Positions 16,541 through 26,032 of a stretch of 64,000 nucleotides of DNA are shown here, in pieces. The DNA comes from Bacteroidales bacterium. Lineage in GTDB: Bacteria > Bacteroidota > Bacteroidia > Bacteroidales > UBA932. The notes under the pieces were generated by a model. That model did not search any database, was not told the origin of the DNA, and was given only the letters and a program-made list of their open reading frames with translations. Both the position numbers and the translations under genes were made by a program. The stretch lies in the NCBI GenBank assembly GCA_015060335.1, contig SUYR01000017.1, positions 36 to 64,035 of the forward strand, read 5' to 3'. Positions within the stretch are counted from its first letter, which is position 1; every line of letters begins with the position of its first letter.

Positions 16541-19354
16541 ATGAATAGACTTTACATATTCTCATTTATCATTACTTGTATCTGTTGCTCCTGTATGGAA
16601 CGATCTCCCCATATCTCAGATCCTGTGCAGATTGAGGTGGTAGATTCCATTGTTGCTGCAAATCGGAATATTGATTCTCTATCTGTCATGCTGAAGATAT
16701 ATGAGTCAGAATCGAACTCATATGGCGTAGTTGCAGTCTGCAGAGAAATGGGAAGACTGTATAGGAATACAAGCATGTTCTCTGAAGCCTTGGATATTCA
16801 CAAGAAGGGACTTTCATATGCGAAGGATCTTCGTGATACCATTGAGATTGTCAAGGCTTTGAACAATATAGGTACGGATTACCGTAGAATGAGTATTCTT
16901 GATGAAGCTTCGGATTATCATTATCAGGCGTTGGCCTATTGTGATGCCTACAGCAGGAAAACTGATGTCGTTGCCTTGAAGAACAAAGTGATATCTCTTA
17001 ACGGAATCGGTAATGTTCAGCTCAGTCTCGGTAATCGTGAGGAAGCTGAAAAAGCCTTCAGAGAGGCGCTCAAGGGAGAAACGGAGCTGAACAGCTACAT
17101 AGGCCAGGCAATCAACTATGCTAATATAGGCGCCTTGTTGGAAGAAGACGGCCAGATTGATTCTGCACGTTATTATTATGGAGAGTCCTTGAGGTTTAAT
17201 GAGTTAGCCGGATCTGACCTTGGCGTGTCATTGTGCCGTACTCATTTCGGCAGGCTGTATGAACAGGAAGGAAGATATGATCTGGCTATAAAAGAGTATA
17301 AGATAGCATATGACCTTATGTCTGGTTCTGACGATAAATGGCATTGGCTGGAATCCTCTCTTGCGTTGTCGCGAGCTTATGCGGCGGATGGCAACATTAC
17401 ACTTGCAAGGAAATATCTGACTGAAGCAAGAAGTACTGCGGAAAACATCAATTCTATAGGTCACCTTTCAGATGTCTTCAAGCAGGAATACAATATTGAG
17501 CTTTCTTTGAAAAATTATAAGAAAGCATTGGATGCGTACATCAGGAGCAGTGAATACAGCAAGCAGGTAACCAACGAGAAAAATCTTACTCACATGCAGA
17601 ATGTGAGGGTAAGATACGAAAGAGAGAAGCGTCAGACAGAGATTTATCTTCTTCGCCAGAATTATCAGGTAGAAGAACACCGGCGTAACCTTATTCTATA
17701 TACACTCTTCATCACATTGGCTTTTGCCATTATCATAATAGCCTTTCTCGGATATATCGTCAGACTACGTTCAAGGAATCAGAAGATCATGAAAGAAGTT
17801 GAGCGCACAAGGACCAATTTCTTTACGAATATTACCCATGAGTTCAGGACTCCTTTGGCTGTAATCATTTCAGCGGCTCAGGATATCCAGTCCAAGAACA
17901 AGTCAGACAAGATAATACAGAGGGATTCTGCAGACATAATACGTCACGGTAAAGGTCTGCTTGACCTGGTCAATCAGATTCTCGACATTGCAAAGATATC
18001 ATCAGGAGTGGCACCTACTCCATCATGGAAGAGAGGTGATGTGATCGGATTCATTTCCATGATATGTGAAGGACATCTGAAATATGCGGAAAGAAAGGAC
18101 CTGCGTATAGTAAAAGGTTTTGATGTGGAACATCTTGAAATGGATTTCATTCCGTCATATATGATACGTATCGTGCAGAATCTTCTGTCAAATGCCATAA
18201 AGTTCTCTTACCCGGGCTCAGATATACTGGTTTCTGTGAAAGTAATCAGTTCTGAATCAGGCAAGATGATGCAGCTATATGTGTGTGATACAGGAGTGGG
18301 AATGACTCAGGAACAGAAAGATGAGATATTCAAGCCTTTTTATCAGGCTCATGACGATACCGCCAATATAGGAAGCGGAGTGGGATTGTCTCTTGTGAAA
18401 CTCACAGCCGAGGCAATGGGCGGTAAAGTGGAGGTGCATAGCTATCCATCAGAAGGGTCGGTATTCATAGTTACCATCCCTGTCCGGGATTCTTCTGCAG
18501 ATTCCGGACATATTGCTGTAGAGAATTATATGACAGATGTTGCTGACGAATATATGTCAGTATCAAACGAGGATGATGAAAGTGGAAATGCAGAAGCTCC
18601 CCGCATCCTGATTGTTGAAGATACACCGGATGTGGCAAGGTGGCAGATGCGTCAGCTCAATCCTGAATATAATTTCTATTTTGCAGTTGATGGTCAGGAA
18701 GGATATGACAAAGCGATGGATATTGTACCTGACCTTGTGATTACAGACGTCATGATGCCGGTGATGGATGGTTATGACCTTTGCAGGAAGATAAGGGCTT
18801 CCGAGTTGCTGAATCATGTTCCTGTCATTATGGTGACTGCGAAAGCTCTTGTTGAAGACAAGATCCGCGGACTTGAAGCAGGTGCCGATGCATATATGGA
18901 GAAGCCGTTTCATCCTGACGAACTTGCCGTAAGGGTTGTGAAACTTCTCGAGCAACGCTCTATGCTGCGTAGGAAGTTCTCAGATTCATCATCAGATGAG
19001 TGTGACTCAGTTTCACATGAGGAATTGTCAATTGCAGACAAGGCTTTTGTCGATAAACTCTCATCTGTAATCCATAATCATATTTCAAACGGCAAGCTTG
19101 ACTATGATCTGCTGGCATCCGAGTTCTCCGTCGGAAAGACCCAGCTTAACAGAAAAGTCAAGGCCGTTACCGGATATACCACAACTGAATATATTCTTCA
19201 GATCCGTATTTCCATGGCGAAACAGCTGCTTGTGAAGACCGATTATTCCATCGGTGACATAGCAGCACGTATCGGTATTGAGGATGTCGCATATTTCAGC
19301 TCACTTTTCAAAAAATCAACAGGGAAAACTCCTACAGCGTTCAGAAATAGGTAA
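16541..19354 (+). CDS. Hybrid two-component sensor/regulator (TPR sensor, TM, HisKA, HATPase, REC, AraC HTH)
   Basis: TPR-like repeats, TM helix, FTNITHEFRTPL, NLLSNAIKF, DTGVG, GSGVGL, ILIVED, TDVMMPVMDG, and YFSSLFKKSTGKTP. Confidence 0.93.
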   Translation: MNRLYIFSFIITCICCSCMERSPHISDPVQIEVVDSIVAANRNIDSLSVMLKIYESESNSYGVVAVCREMGRLYRNTSMFSEALDIHKKGLSYAKDLRDTIEIVKALNNIGTDYRRMSILDEASDYHYQALAYCDAYSRKTDVVALKNKVISLNGIGNVQLSLGNREEAEKAFREALKGETELNSYIGQAINYANIGALLEEDGQIDSARYYYGESLRFNELAGSDLGVSLCRTHFGRLYEQEGRYDLAIKEYKIAYDLMSGSDDKWHWLESSLALSRAYAADGNITLARKYLTEARSTAENINSIGHLSDVFKQEYNIELSLKNYKKALDAYIRSSEYSKQVTNEKNLTHMQNVRVRYEREKRQTEIYLLRQNYQVEEHRRNLILYTLFITLAFAIIIIAFLGYIVRLRSRNQKIMKEVERTRTNFFTNITHEFRTPLAVIISAAQDIQSKNKSDKIIQRDSADIIRHGKGLLDLVNQILDIAKISSGVAPTPSWKRGDVIGFISMICEGHLKYAERKDLRIVKGFDVEHLEMDFIPSYMIRIVQNLLSNAIKFSYPGSDILVSVKVISSESGKMMQLYVCDTGVGMTQEQKDEIFKPFYQAHDDTANIGSGVGLSLVKLTAEAMGGKVEVHSYPSEGSVFIVTIPVRDSSADSGHIAVENYMTDVADEYMSVSNEDDESGNAEAPRILIVEDTPDVARWQMRQLNPEYNFYFAVDGQEGYDKAMDIVPDLVITDVMMPVMDGYDLCRKIRASELLNHVPVIMVTAKALVEDKIRGLEAGADAYMEKPFHPDELAVRVVKLLEQRSMLRRKFSDSSSDECDSVSHEELSIADKAFVDKLSSVIHNHISNGKLDYDLLASEFSVGKTQLNRKVKAVTGYTTTEYILQIRISMAKQLLVKTDYSIGDIAARIGIEDVAYFSSLFKKSTGKTPTAFRNR

Positions 19355-19356
19355 TT

Positions 19357-19423
19357 AAGTCGCTATTTTTATAAATTAGGTCATTCTTTTCATAACGGTC
19401 CGCCTCTGTCAAGGCTATTTTTG
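19357..19423 (+). promoter_or_regulatory. Putative regulated promoter of the surface-protein locus
   Basis: Imperfect direct repeats GTCGCTATTTTTATAA / GTCATTCTTTTCATAA about 21 bp apart, followed by a TATTTTTG -7 box. Confidence 0.45.
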
Positions 19424-19467
19424 TCATTATAAATCGGACAAAAATCAACAATTAATTTACGACCGTT

Positions 19468-20478
19468 ATGAAAAGATTATTATTTGCCTTTATGGCTGCT
19501 TTCCTGCTGTTTTCAGCATGTAAGAAAGACGATTCTGCAACAGATTACCAGTTTGAAGGTTGCCAATGGATTACCGAGGAAGAGGAGGCTTATGGAGATT
19601 ATCCTGCATACAAGACACTGTTTGATGTAGGTCTGAAGTCAGGTGCCGGCAAGTTCACCATGGCTATGCTCATGCTGGAAGATATGGGCCCTTTCCATGA
19701 AGGTGACCTTGTTCTTGTTTCTCAGGGTTCCTATACATATGATAAGTCAAAGAAAGAATTCTCTGACGAGTCTGGCACTGCTACAATCAAATTCCTTTCA
19801 AAGAATATGATCAAACTTTCTTTCGATGGAGTTGACATGGTCTTCACAAAAGTTGACAAGCCATATTCTCTGTCTGATTTGATTGATCCTGAAGAATTGT
19901 TCAAGCCTGAGGACTTCGAGGTTGTTCCGTCGAAGGATTCCGACTGGGCGGGAGGAAGCATCACGTTTACAGCAAACAGAACCATCCAGAGTCTGACATA
20001 CGATGTTCTTACTGATGGCGTCACTGAGCAGGATATCTGCAAGACGACCCTTACCGGTGAGACTCTCGTTCTCGGTCAGTATGTAGGTGCAGGTTCAGCA
20101 TTGGCTGACTGTAAGATCCAGATCAAGGCAGCAGACGAAGAGGGTAATGAAACAACATGCATCGTTACATCCAGAGCATGGAGACCTGCCGTCTATACTG
20201 AATATAAAGGTGAATACACGCAGGACCACCTTGACAACGGATGGTCAAGAGGTCAGGAATGCTGGCTCGGCGCGCTCTGTGCTGATGGAGAACTGCCATA
20301 CGACGGTGAAACAGACTCGTTTGGAGGAATATCTTATACCGTTCCTGATTTTATGGAGCCATTTGGCAGCAGGGATAATAAAATCGGCTACGATACTCCT
20401 AATGATAGTGTCTCGGGAACGATAACATATTCTTACGGTGCCCTTTCATTTGAATTGATAATCGATATCGACCGCTAA
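19468..20478 (+). CDS. Hypothetical surface lipoprotein
   Basis: Lipobox FSAC followed by an acidic export-signal-like KKDD; beta-rich and acidic. Confidence 0.8.
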   Translation: MKRLLFAFMAAFLLFSACKKDDSATDYQFEGCQWITEEEEAYGDYPAYKTLFDVGLKSGAGKFTMAMLMLEDMGPFHEGDLVLVSQGSYTYDKSKKEFSDESGTATIKFLSKNMIKLSFDGVDMVFTKVDKPYSLSDLIDPEELFKPEDFEVVPSKDSDWAGGSITFTANRTIQSLTYDVLTDGVTEQDICKTTLTGETLVLGQYVGAGSALADCKIQIKAADEEGNETTCIVTSRAWRPAVYTEYKGEYTQDHLDNGWSRGQECWLGALCADGELPYDGETDSFGGISYTVPDFMEPFGSRDNKIGYDTPNDSVSGTITYSYGALSFELIIDIDR

Positions 20479-20480
20479 CC

Positions 20481-22259
20481 ATGACTCGTCGGAATATAAT
20501 ATCATTGATTTTACTTTCTCTGACATCCCTCCTTTCAGGATTTCTTTTGAATTCCTGTCAGGAGAAGGATGTTGTGGAGGTAACCGAAATTGTCTTCACG
20601 AATCTATCTACAGGCAAAAAGACCCTTACAGTCGGCGAAGAATTCAAGATCAAGTGGGTTGTAGTGCCTGAACAACTTCAGGAGACGGCAGAAATCTTCT
20701 GGGAGACGAGCGACAGGAAGGTAGCCAAAGTCAAAAAAGGAGTCATTGAGGCAACAGGTCCCGGTGAGGCTACCATTACCGCTACCTCTGGCAAGGCAAA
20801 GACTTCCGTACTCGTGAAGGTGGACGCCGTGCAGGTCGAGTCACTTGAATTTCCTCATTTTATACAGGTCTATCAGGATGCTACAGTCGAGGTGAAATTC
20901 AACAATGTCGAGCCTGAAGATGCGTCATTGACTACAGTTGAATGGGAAGTGGAGACATATGAATCAGGTGGAGATGCTACTGTTGAAGCTGATGTCGATT
21001 GTATCTATGTTACGGGAACCGAGGAAGGAATTGTGACGCTCTATGGTCGTGTGGACGGTGTGGTCATCGGACATTGTGAGATCGAGATCAGGAAAAGAAT
21101 ACCGGTTGAGTCAGTGACTGTCACACTCTCCAAGTCGAGTGTGCAATTTGGCGAGAGTCTGACTGTTTCCACATATGTCAGCCCGTCCAATGCATCACTG
21201 AAGGATGTCAATATAACTTGCAGCCCTGCTTCCTACGTTACAGTAGAGGGTAATACCATTACAGCAGGCGAGACTGCCGGAACGGTTACTGTATATGCTA
21301 TGGCTGACGGAGTTACCGGCTCTGCTGAGTTTGAGATTGTGCCTCCTCCTCTGGAACTGACATTTGAGTGTAGTGACTTGAAGGGCTACAATTTTCTCTC
21401 TCCGGATGGTAGTTTGGAAGATTACCCTGAGTCTGCTCAATTGACTCTGAAGGCCAATTATGATATTGACCTTTCCTCTGCAGTTTGGAAATCCTCAAAT
21501 CCGGCAATTGTAAGTGTTGATGCCAATGGCCTTGTCAAAGGTGTAGGGCACGGATGGGCAATAATTTCTGCTACTGTTGATGGTGTGGAAGAGTCTATCA
21601 TAGTTCGTTCTGTGATGAAATCATCGTTATCTTTATGTATTTACGAATATAACGGTGCCGGTGATACGAAAATTCGTTTGACTTCCCTTCAGGCTCCTTA
21701 CAATATGATTGGTGCCTATTGCGCCGACCCGGCATTCTTTAATGATCCGGATAGATACTCGATGGATCGTATTTATAGCAACATTCAGATATCATCATGC
21801 ACGGGTCCTTTCACAGCCCATATGGAAGGTAATTATCTGGTGGTAAATGCTTCCTCAGCCGGTACGGGATCAATCACCTTGTCTATTCCAGGTGGTAAGA
21901 GCCTCAATGTTCCTGTCACAATGAAAATTACCTCTCTGACATTCATCGGACACCAGTCCGGCAAAAATTACGGTACAGTTCAGAAAGGAGGTAGCTTGAC
22001 GATTACAAGAGAAGATTCGGATCCGAGAGAGGGATATTCGACTTTTGAAGCAATTGAAGTATGGCGCAATGTCGGATCGAGCAAAGATGACACGTCATTG
22101 TATGATAGTGGTTATCTTTCTTGGGAGAGCAACATCACGACGGGAGATCCTTTCGATTATGGCTATCTGGCAAGAAAAACTGGTACCCATGTCATAAAAC
22201 TTAAAGAATTCGACCCTGATTTCACCGTCACTTTGACAATTGCTGAGAAATACAATTAA
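20481..22259 (+). CDS. Lipoprotein with several bacterial Ig-like (Big_2) domains
   Basis: Lipobox LNSC; WETSDRKVAKV...G-x-ATITATS and WKSSNPAIVSVDANGLVKGVGHG motifs. Confidence 0.85.
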   Translation: MTRRNIISLILLSLTSLLSGFLLNSCQEKDVVEVTEIVFTNLSTGKKTLTVGEEFKIKWVVVPEQLQETAEIFWETSDRKVAKVKKGVIEATGPGEATITATSGKAKTSVLVKVDAVQVESLEFPHFIQVYQDATVEVKFNNVEPEDASLTTVEWEVETYESGGDATVEADVDCIYVTGTEEGIVTLYGRVDGVVIGHCEIEIRKRIPVESVTVTLSKSSVQFGESLTVSTYVSPSNASLKDVNITCSPASYVTVEGNTITAGETAGTVTVYAMADGVTGSAEFEIVPPPLELTFECSDLKGYNFLSPDGSLEDYPESAQLTLKANYDIDLSSAVWKSSNPAIVSVDANGLVKGVGHGWAIISATVDGVEESIIVRSVMKSSLSLCIYEYNGAGDTKIRLTSLQAPYNMIGAYCADPAFFNDPDRYSMDRIYSNIQISSCTGPFTAHMEGNYLVVNASSAGTGSITLSIPGGKSLNVPVTMKITSLTFIGHQSGKNYGTVQKGGSLTITREDSDPREGYSTFEAIEVWRNVGSSKDDTSLYDSGYLSWESNITTGDPFDYGYLARKTGTHVIKLKEFDPDFTVTLTIAEKYN

Positions 22260-22354
22260 ACCTGGACAAACCGCACAGCATCTACGACAGATGCTTTTGG
22301 AGGATTCAGTTTTACTTTCAGTTCAAAATTGTAACCTATTAAAAACATAAAATC

Positions 22355-22855
22355 ATGAAAAAGACATTTATTTTCGTTTGCCTGTCGGCACTCGTGCTTT
22401 CGCTGACAGGATGTGTCAAGCAGACAGAACTGAGTACAGATACTCTTCCGGTCAGCGTTACAGTTACCGGCTATGTAAGATATTCAGCCCTCGACAAGGA
22501 CCTCAAGTCAGAGGAACCTGAAATCGTTGACAAGGGACATCTCGTGAATATTTATTACGGAATTCCAGATGATAAAGGCAATGTGGATTATGCTCTCAAG
22601 ACTGTTGCTGTGAATGGTGATGCATTCTTCAAGACCACTCTTGGATGCCCTGTAGGCAAGTCTCTTAAAGTAAAGGTTCAGTCATCGATGTATGGTGATT
22701 CATATTGTGCAAATGAGGAAGGCAAGAAGGTAAGCTGCGAGGCATATTTCTTCGGAGAATTCGAGGCGTCTATAGCTTGCGGATCTACCCATTGTTTCAA
22801 ACTGGATATGGCTCCTGTCGCAAATGTGGGCGAGGATAACCTTATTCAGAAATAG
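22355..22855 (+). CDS. Hypothetical lipoprotein
   Basis: Lipobox LTGC; beta-sandwich-like sequence with four Cys after the lipidated one. Confidence 0.78.
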   Translation: MKKTFIFVCLSALVLSLTGCVKQTELSTDTLPVSVTVTGYVRYSALDKDLKSEEPEIVDKGHLVNIYYGIPDDKGNVDYALKTVAVNGDAFFKTTLGCPVGKSLKVKVQSSMYGDSYCANEEGKKVSCEAYFFGEFEASIACGSTHCFKLDMAPVANVGEDNLIQK

Positions 22856-22877
22856 TCATCCTGTAAACCTGTAGATT

Positions 22878-23789
22878 ATGAAGAAATATATTCTCATATT
22901 AGCCGCGTTGCTGACAGTCTCTGCAGCTATGCAGGCGCAGGACAAGAACTATGATGTGAAAAAGGGAGATCTTGCAGTTAGTGTAACCTTCAATCCGGGC
23001 AGCCTCGGATACAAGATGTCCTGCAAACCTGCTGCAGGTGAGTTCGTCGGTCAGTACATCACTGATATGTGTGCAAATCCTAAGCAGATGTTCATTCTTT
23101 CACAGGATCCTCTTGCTGCAGTCAAACTGAAATATTATACATCGCCGAAATCAGCATTCAGAGCTTCATTGGGTTTCAACGGAAGCATTGTAAACTATAG
23201 GGAGTATGTTCAGGATGACCTCGCAGTTGCCCTTAACCCGGATTCACAGAATAAGGTGAATGATGCCGCAACCTCTCGTCTTAACAGTCTTGCAATCTCT
23301 ATCGGAAAGGAATGGAGAGCAGGGGAGAAGGCTATCAAGTTCGTATATGGTGTGGATCTCCTGTATTCACTTGCAGGTGGAGATCTCATATTCAATTACG
23401 GTAACAAGATGACTGACGTGAATCATGTGCCTTCAACTATGCCGATGACTGCTCCACAGGGAGATCTGGATGATTTCAAGAGCAAGCTCGGTATTGCCTA
23501 TGCGCGCCCTGTAAAACGCTATAACTCAGGTTATATACATGGACTTGGACTTCAGGTGGATGCCGGTCTTGAATTCTTCCTTGCAGAGCGTATTTCACTT
23601 GGACTCGCAATGACATTCACACCTGTGATGGCAATATGTCAGCCACAGACATATACAACATATGAGGGCTTCAGTGCAAATACCGGTAAGGTTGAAAAAA
23701 TCAACGAACTGGTGAGTCCTGGAAGCTGGGCAGTGCTCTATGGTACTGAAAACATAGGCTGTCGATTGACCCTCAGCTATTATCTGTAA
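22878..23789 (+). CDS. Outer-membrane beta-barrel protein
   Basis: Signal peptide ending AMQA|Q; amphipathic strands (GLEFFLAERISLG); aromatic C-terminus LSYYL. Confidence 0.78.
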   Translation: MKKYILILAALLTVSAAMQAQDKNYDVKKGDLAVSVTFNPGSLGYKMSCKPAAGEFVGQYITDMCANPKQMFILSQDPLAAVKLKYYTSPKSAFRASLGFNGSIVNYREYVQDDLAVALNPDSQNKVNDAATSRLNSLAISIGKEWRAGEKAIKFVYGVDLLYSLAGGDLIFNYGNKMTDVNHVPSTMPMTAPQGDLDDFKSKLGIAYARPVKRYNSGYIHGLGLQVDAGLEFFLAERISLGLAMTFTPVMAICQPQTYTTYEGFSANTGKVEKINELVSPGSWAVLYGTENIGCRLTLSYYL

Positions 23790-23792
23790 TGT

Positions 23793-23939
23793 ATGGCAAA
23801 AATTCAGAAGCCTCCGTTAAGCAAGGAACAGGTCCAGAAGATAATTGACGAGCGGCTCGCTGTCATTATTGAGAAGGAAATTGCTGACGGAAATACAAAT
23901 GTCAAGAATAAGACAAACAAAAATGAAAAAACTGATTAA
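23793..23939 (+). CDS. Putative small protein (48 aa)
   Basis: MAKIQKPPLSKEQVQKIIDERLAVIIEKEIADGNTNVKNKTNKNEKTD*. Starts 3 nt after the upstream stop and overlaps the next start. Confidence 0.5.
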   Translation: MAKIQKPPLSKEQVQKIIDERLAVIIEKEIADGNTNVKNKTNKNEKTD

Positions 23940-24699
23940 TATATTTGCAGCAATGACTGTAGTCCTGGCGTTGGTGGTTTCTTGTGATGAGATGACTGAC
24001 GAAGAAAAGGAAAATGCAGGAAATGCTATCTCCAAAGTACTTCTTGCCGGAGAATATGGAGTAGTAAGCATTAATGGAGAATCTGAAGATGGAGAAACAG
24101 ACCTTCCTCTTTTCGGGGACGGTGTATCCTATACAGATGAAAAGGGAAGACCTACAATTATATGGGTATTTGGCCTTGATGGAACTTACTTCATTGCTCC
24201 TAACAGACTCTGGAAACATGTCTATGGCAAGGGAACATGGGATGTTTCTGCAGACGAAATCCTGATGAAAGCGGATCTTGGCGCTATCGATACGCCGGAC
24301 GACAAACTTAAGATCAAGAGTTTCAAGGACGGAGTTCTTACTCTTCAAAGTGCAAACTTAACAACTGTACTGAAACGTCTTACAGATGCTGATAAATGTC
24401 CTCAGTTGAAGTCAGTGGAGTTCGTGGCTAATTTATCAAATGATGGTAAATTGTACATCGATCCGAGTCTCGAACTGAATGCGGCAGGAAACTACAAACT
24501 GGAATGGAAGTATGATCCGCAGGATTATGAGCCATACAATACTCTTCAGTGGACAAGTTCAAATCCAAAGGTGGCTACAGTAGATGAAAACGGATATGTG
24601 CGTCCTGCAGACGGCGTCAATTCAGGTGAGACGACAATTACTCTTGTCTGTGATTATGTAAAGGCAGAAATTACCTTGAAATTCTTTGAGGTCAATTGA
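23923..24699 (+). CDS. Lipoprotein with lipocalin-like N-domain and C-terminal Big_2 domain
   Basis: MKK start at 23923; lipobox VVSC-DE; GTWDV strand; WTSSNPKVATVDENG. Confidence 0.8.
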   Translation: MKKLINIFAAMTVVLALVVSCDEMTDEEKENAGNAISKVLLAGEYGVVSINGESEDGETDLPLFGDGVSYTDEKGRPTIIWVFGLDGTYFIAPNRLWKHVYGKGTWDVSADEILMKADLGAIDTPDDKLKIKSFKDGVLTLQSANLTTVLKRLTDADKCPQLKSVEFVANLSNDGKLYIDPSLELNAAGNYKLEWKYDPQDYEPYNTLQWTSSNPKVATVDENGYVRPADGVNSGETTITLVCDYVKAEITLKFFEVN

Positions 24700-24737
24700 T
24701 ACTAAAACCTTTAACCGATAATTGAAATACTTGGATT

Positions 24738-24764
24738 TTAGGGTGGCTCCTTGAGTCACCCTAA
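24738..24764 (+). terminator. Hairpin closing the surface-protein locus
   Basis: TTAGGGTGGCTC-CTT-GAGTCACCCTAA. Confidence 0.65.
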
Positions 24765-24823
24765 TTATATATCTTCTTGATATGGCTGAAAAATAAGTAT
24801 ATTTGCATCAAATATTGTATCCT

Positions 24824-26032
24824 ATGAAAAGATGTCTGTTACTTTTTGCTTTACTGCTTTCTGCTGTTTCTTATGCACAGATTCCCAAGACCCTGATAGC
24901 TGAGGATGAGCTGCCAACTCTTGTCAAAAGAATAATGGACAAGCAGGATTCTGCAAAATATGACGGGTACAAGATCAGAAAGATACGTTCACATATCAAT
25001 CTTGAATTTGCCGGATCAGCAAATGCTTATTTCACTGACGGTAAATTTGATGAGACATCCTTCAAGATGAACAGAGTACGACTTGAAATATATGGAAGAC
25101 TGAACAATCATCTTTCCTTCCATTTCAGACAGTCTTTCAACAAATACAGCAATCCGTATTCTGTAGATAATATGTCCTCATCCATCGAGTATGCAAATAT
25201 AAAGTGGCATCAGAGTGAGAAGTTTGATCTGGTTGCCGGAAAGCAATATCTTGCAGTAGGTGGATATGAAGGCTATGTAAACGGCCTTCTTGTCAGGGAA
25301 TTCAGTGAATTCAACAATCATTTTGAGATATACCAGGCCGGTTTGAAGGGTGTTATCCGCTTAAGCCCTGACCAGCATATAACTCTCCAGGTTACAAATA
25401 ACAGGAACAGTGTTGATGAGAATATCTATATGTTCGGACTTCCTGAAGGTGTCAAGCCTTCCAAGGTGCCTCTGCTTGGTACTGTCAACTGGAACGGCTG
25501 GTTTGCAGACAAGGCTGTCCATCTGATGTATTCGGCTTCAGCAGGTCAGCTGGCGAAAGGGAAGAATGTATATCACTTCATGTGTGGAAACATATACAAG
25601 AAGGGACCTGTTCTGGCGTATCTGGATGTACTTTATTCCCGTTCAGCCCTTGACAGTCAGCAGCGTATAACATCATTGCAGGGCGCGTCAGAAGGAACTG
25701 TTACAGCTCAGAATACCCAGTATCTTACCTTTATTGCAAATGTGGACTATCAGTTTCATCCTAAGTGGAATGCCTATCTGAAAGGCGTATATGAGACTGC
25801 TGGAGTGTATAGGACTAACGGAATCTTTGCGAAGGGACGTTATATCACATCATGGAATGCTCAGGCGTGCATGGAATGGTTTCCTTTTACAGAAGATAAG
25901 GGATTCAAGGTGTTTGCCCATTATGTCTACAAGGGACATACTCTCTCCGAAAATGCAAAAGCGCTGGGAGCAGTCAAACCGCATACCCAGCGCATATCCA
26001 TCGGTATTCAATATATAATACCTGTCCTATAG
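24824..26032 (+). CDS. Porin-family outer-membrane protein (OprO/OprP-like)
   Basis: Signal peptide SYA|Q; FKMNRVRLEIYG, AGKQ and terminal ISIGIQY strands. Confidence 0.75.
   Translation: MKRCLLLFALLLSAVSYAQIPKTLIAEDELPTLVKRIMDKQDSAKYDGYKIRKIRSHINLEFAGSANAYFTDGKFDETSFKMNRVRLEIYGRLNNHLSFHFRQSFNKYSNPYSVDNMSSSIEYANIKWHQSEKFDLVAGKQYLAVGGYEGYVNGLLVREFSEFNNHFEIYQAGLKGVIRLSPDQHITLQVTNNRNSVDENIYMFGLPEGVKPSKVPLLGTVNWNGWFADKAVHLMYSASAGQLAKGKNVYHFMCGNIYKKGPVLAYLDVLYSRSALDSQQRITSLQGASEGTVTAQNTQYLTFIANVDYQFHPKWNAYLKGVYETAGVYRTNGIFAKGRYITSWNAQACMEWFPFTEDKGFKVFAHYVYKGHTLSENAKALGAVKPHTQRISIGIQYIIPVL

Noticed and set aside
19355-19467. Invertible promoter upstream of the surface-protein locus
   Set aside because: I saw no flanking inverted repeats and no adjacent recombinase gene.
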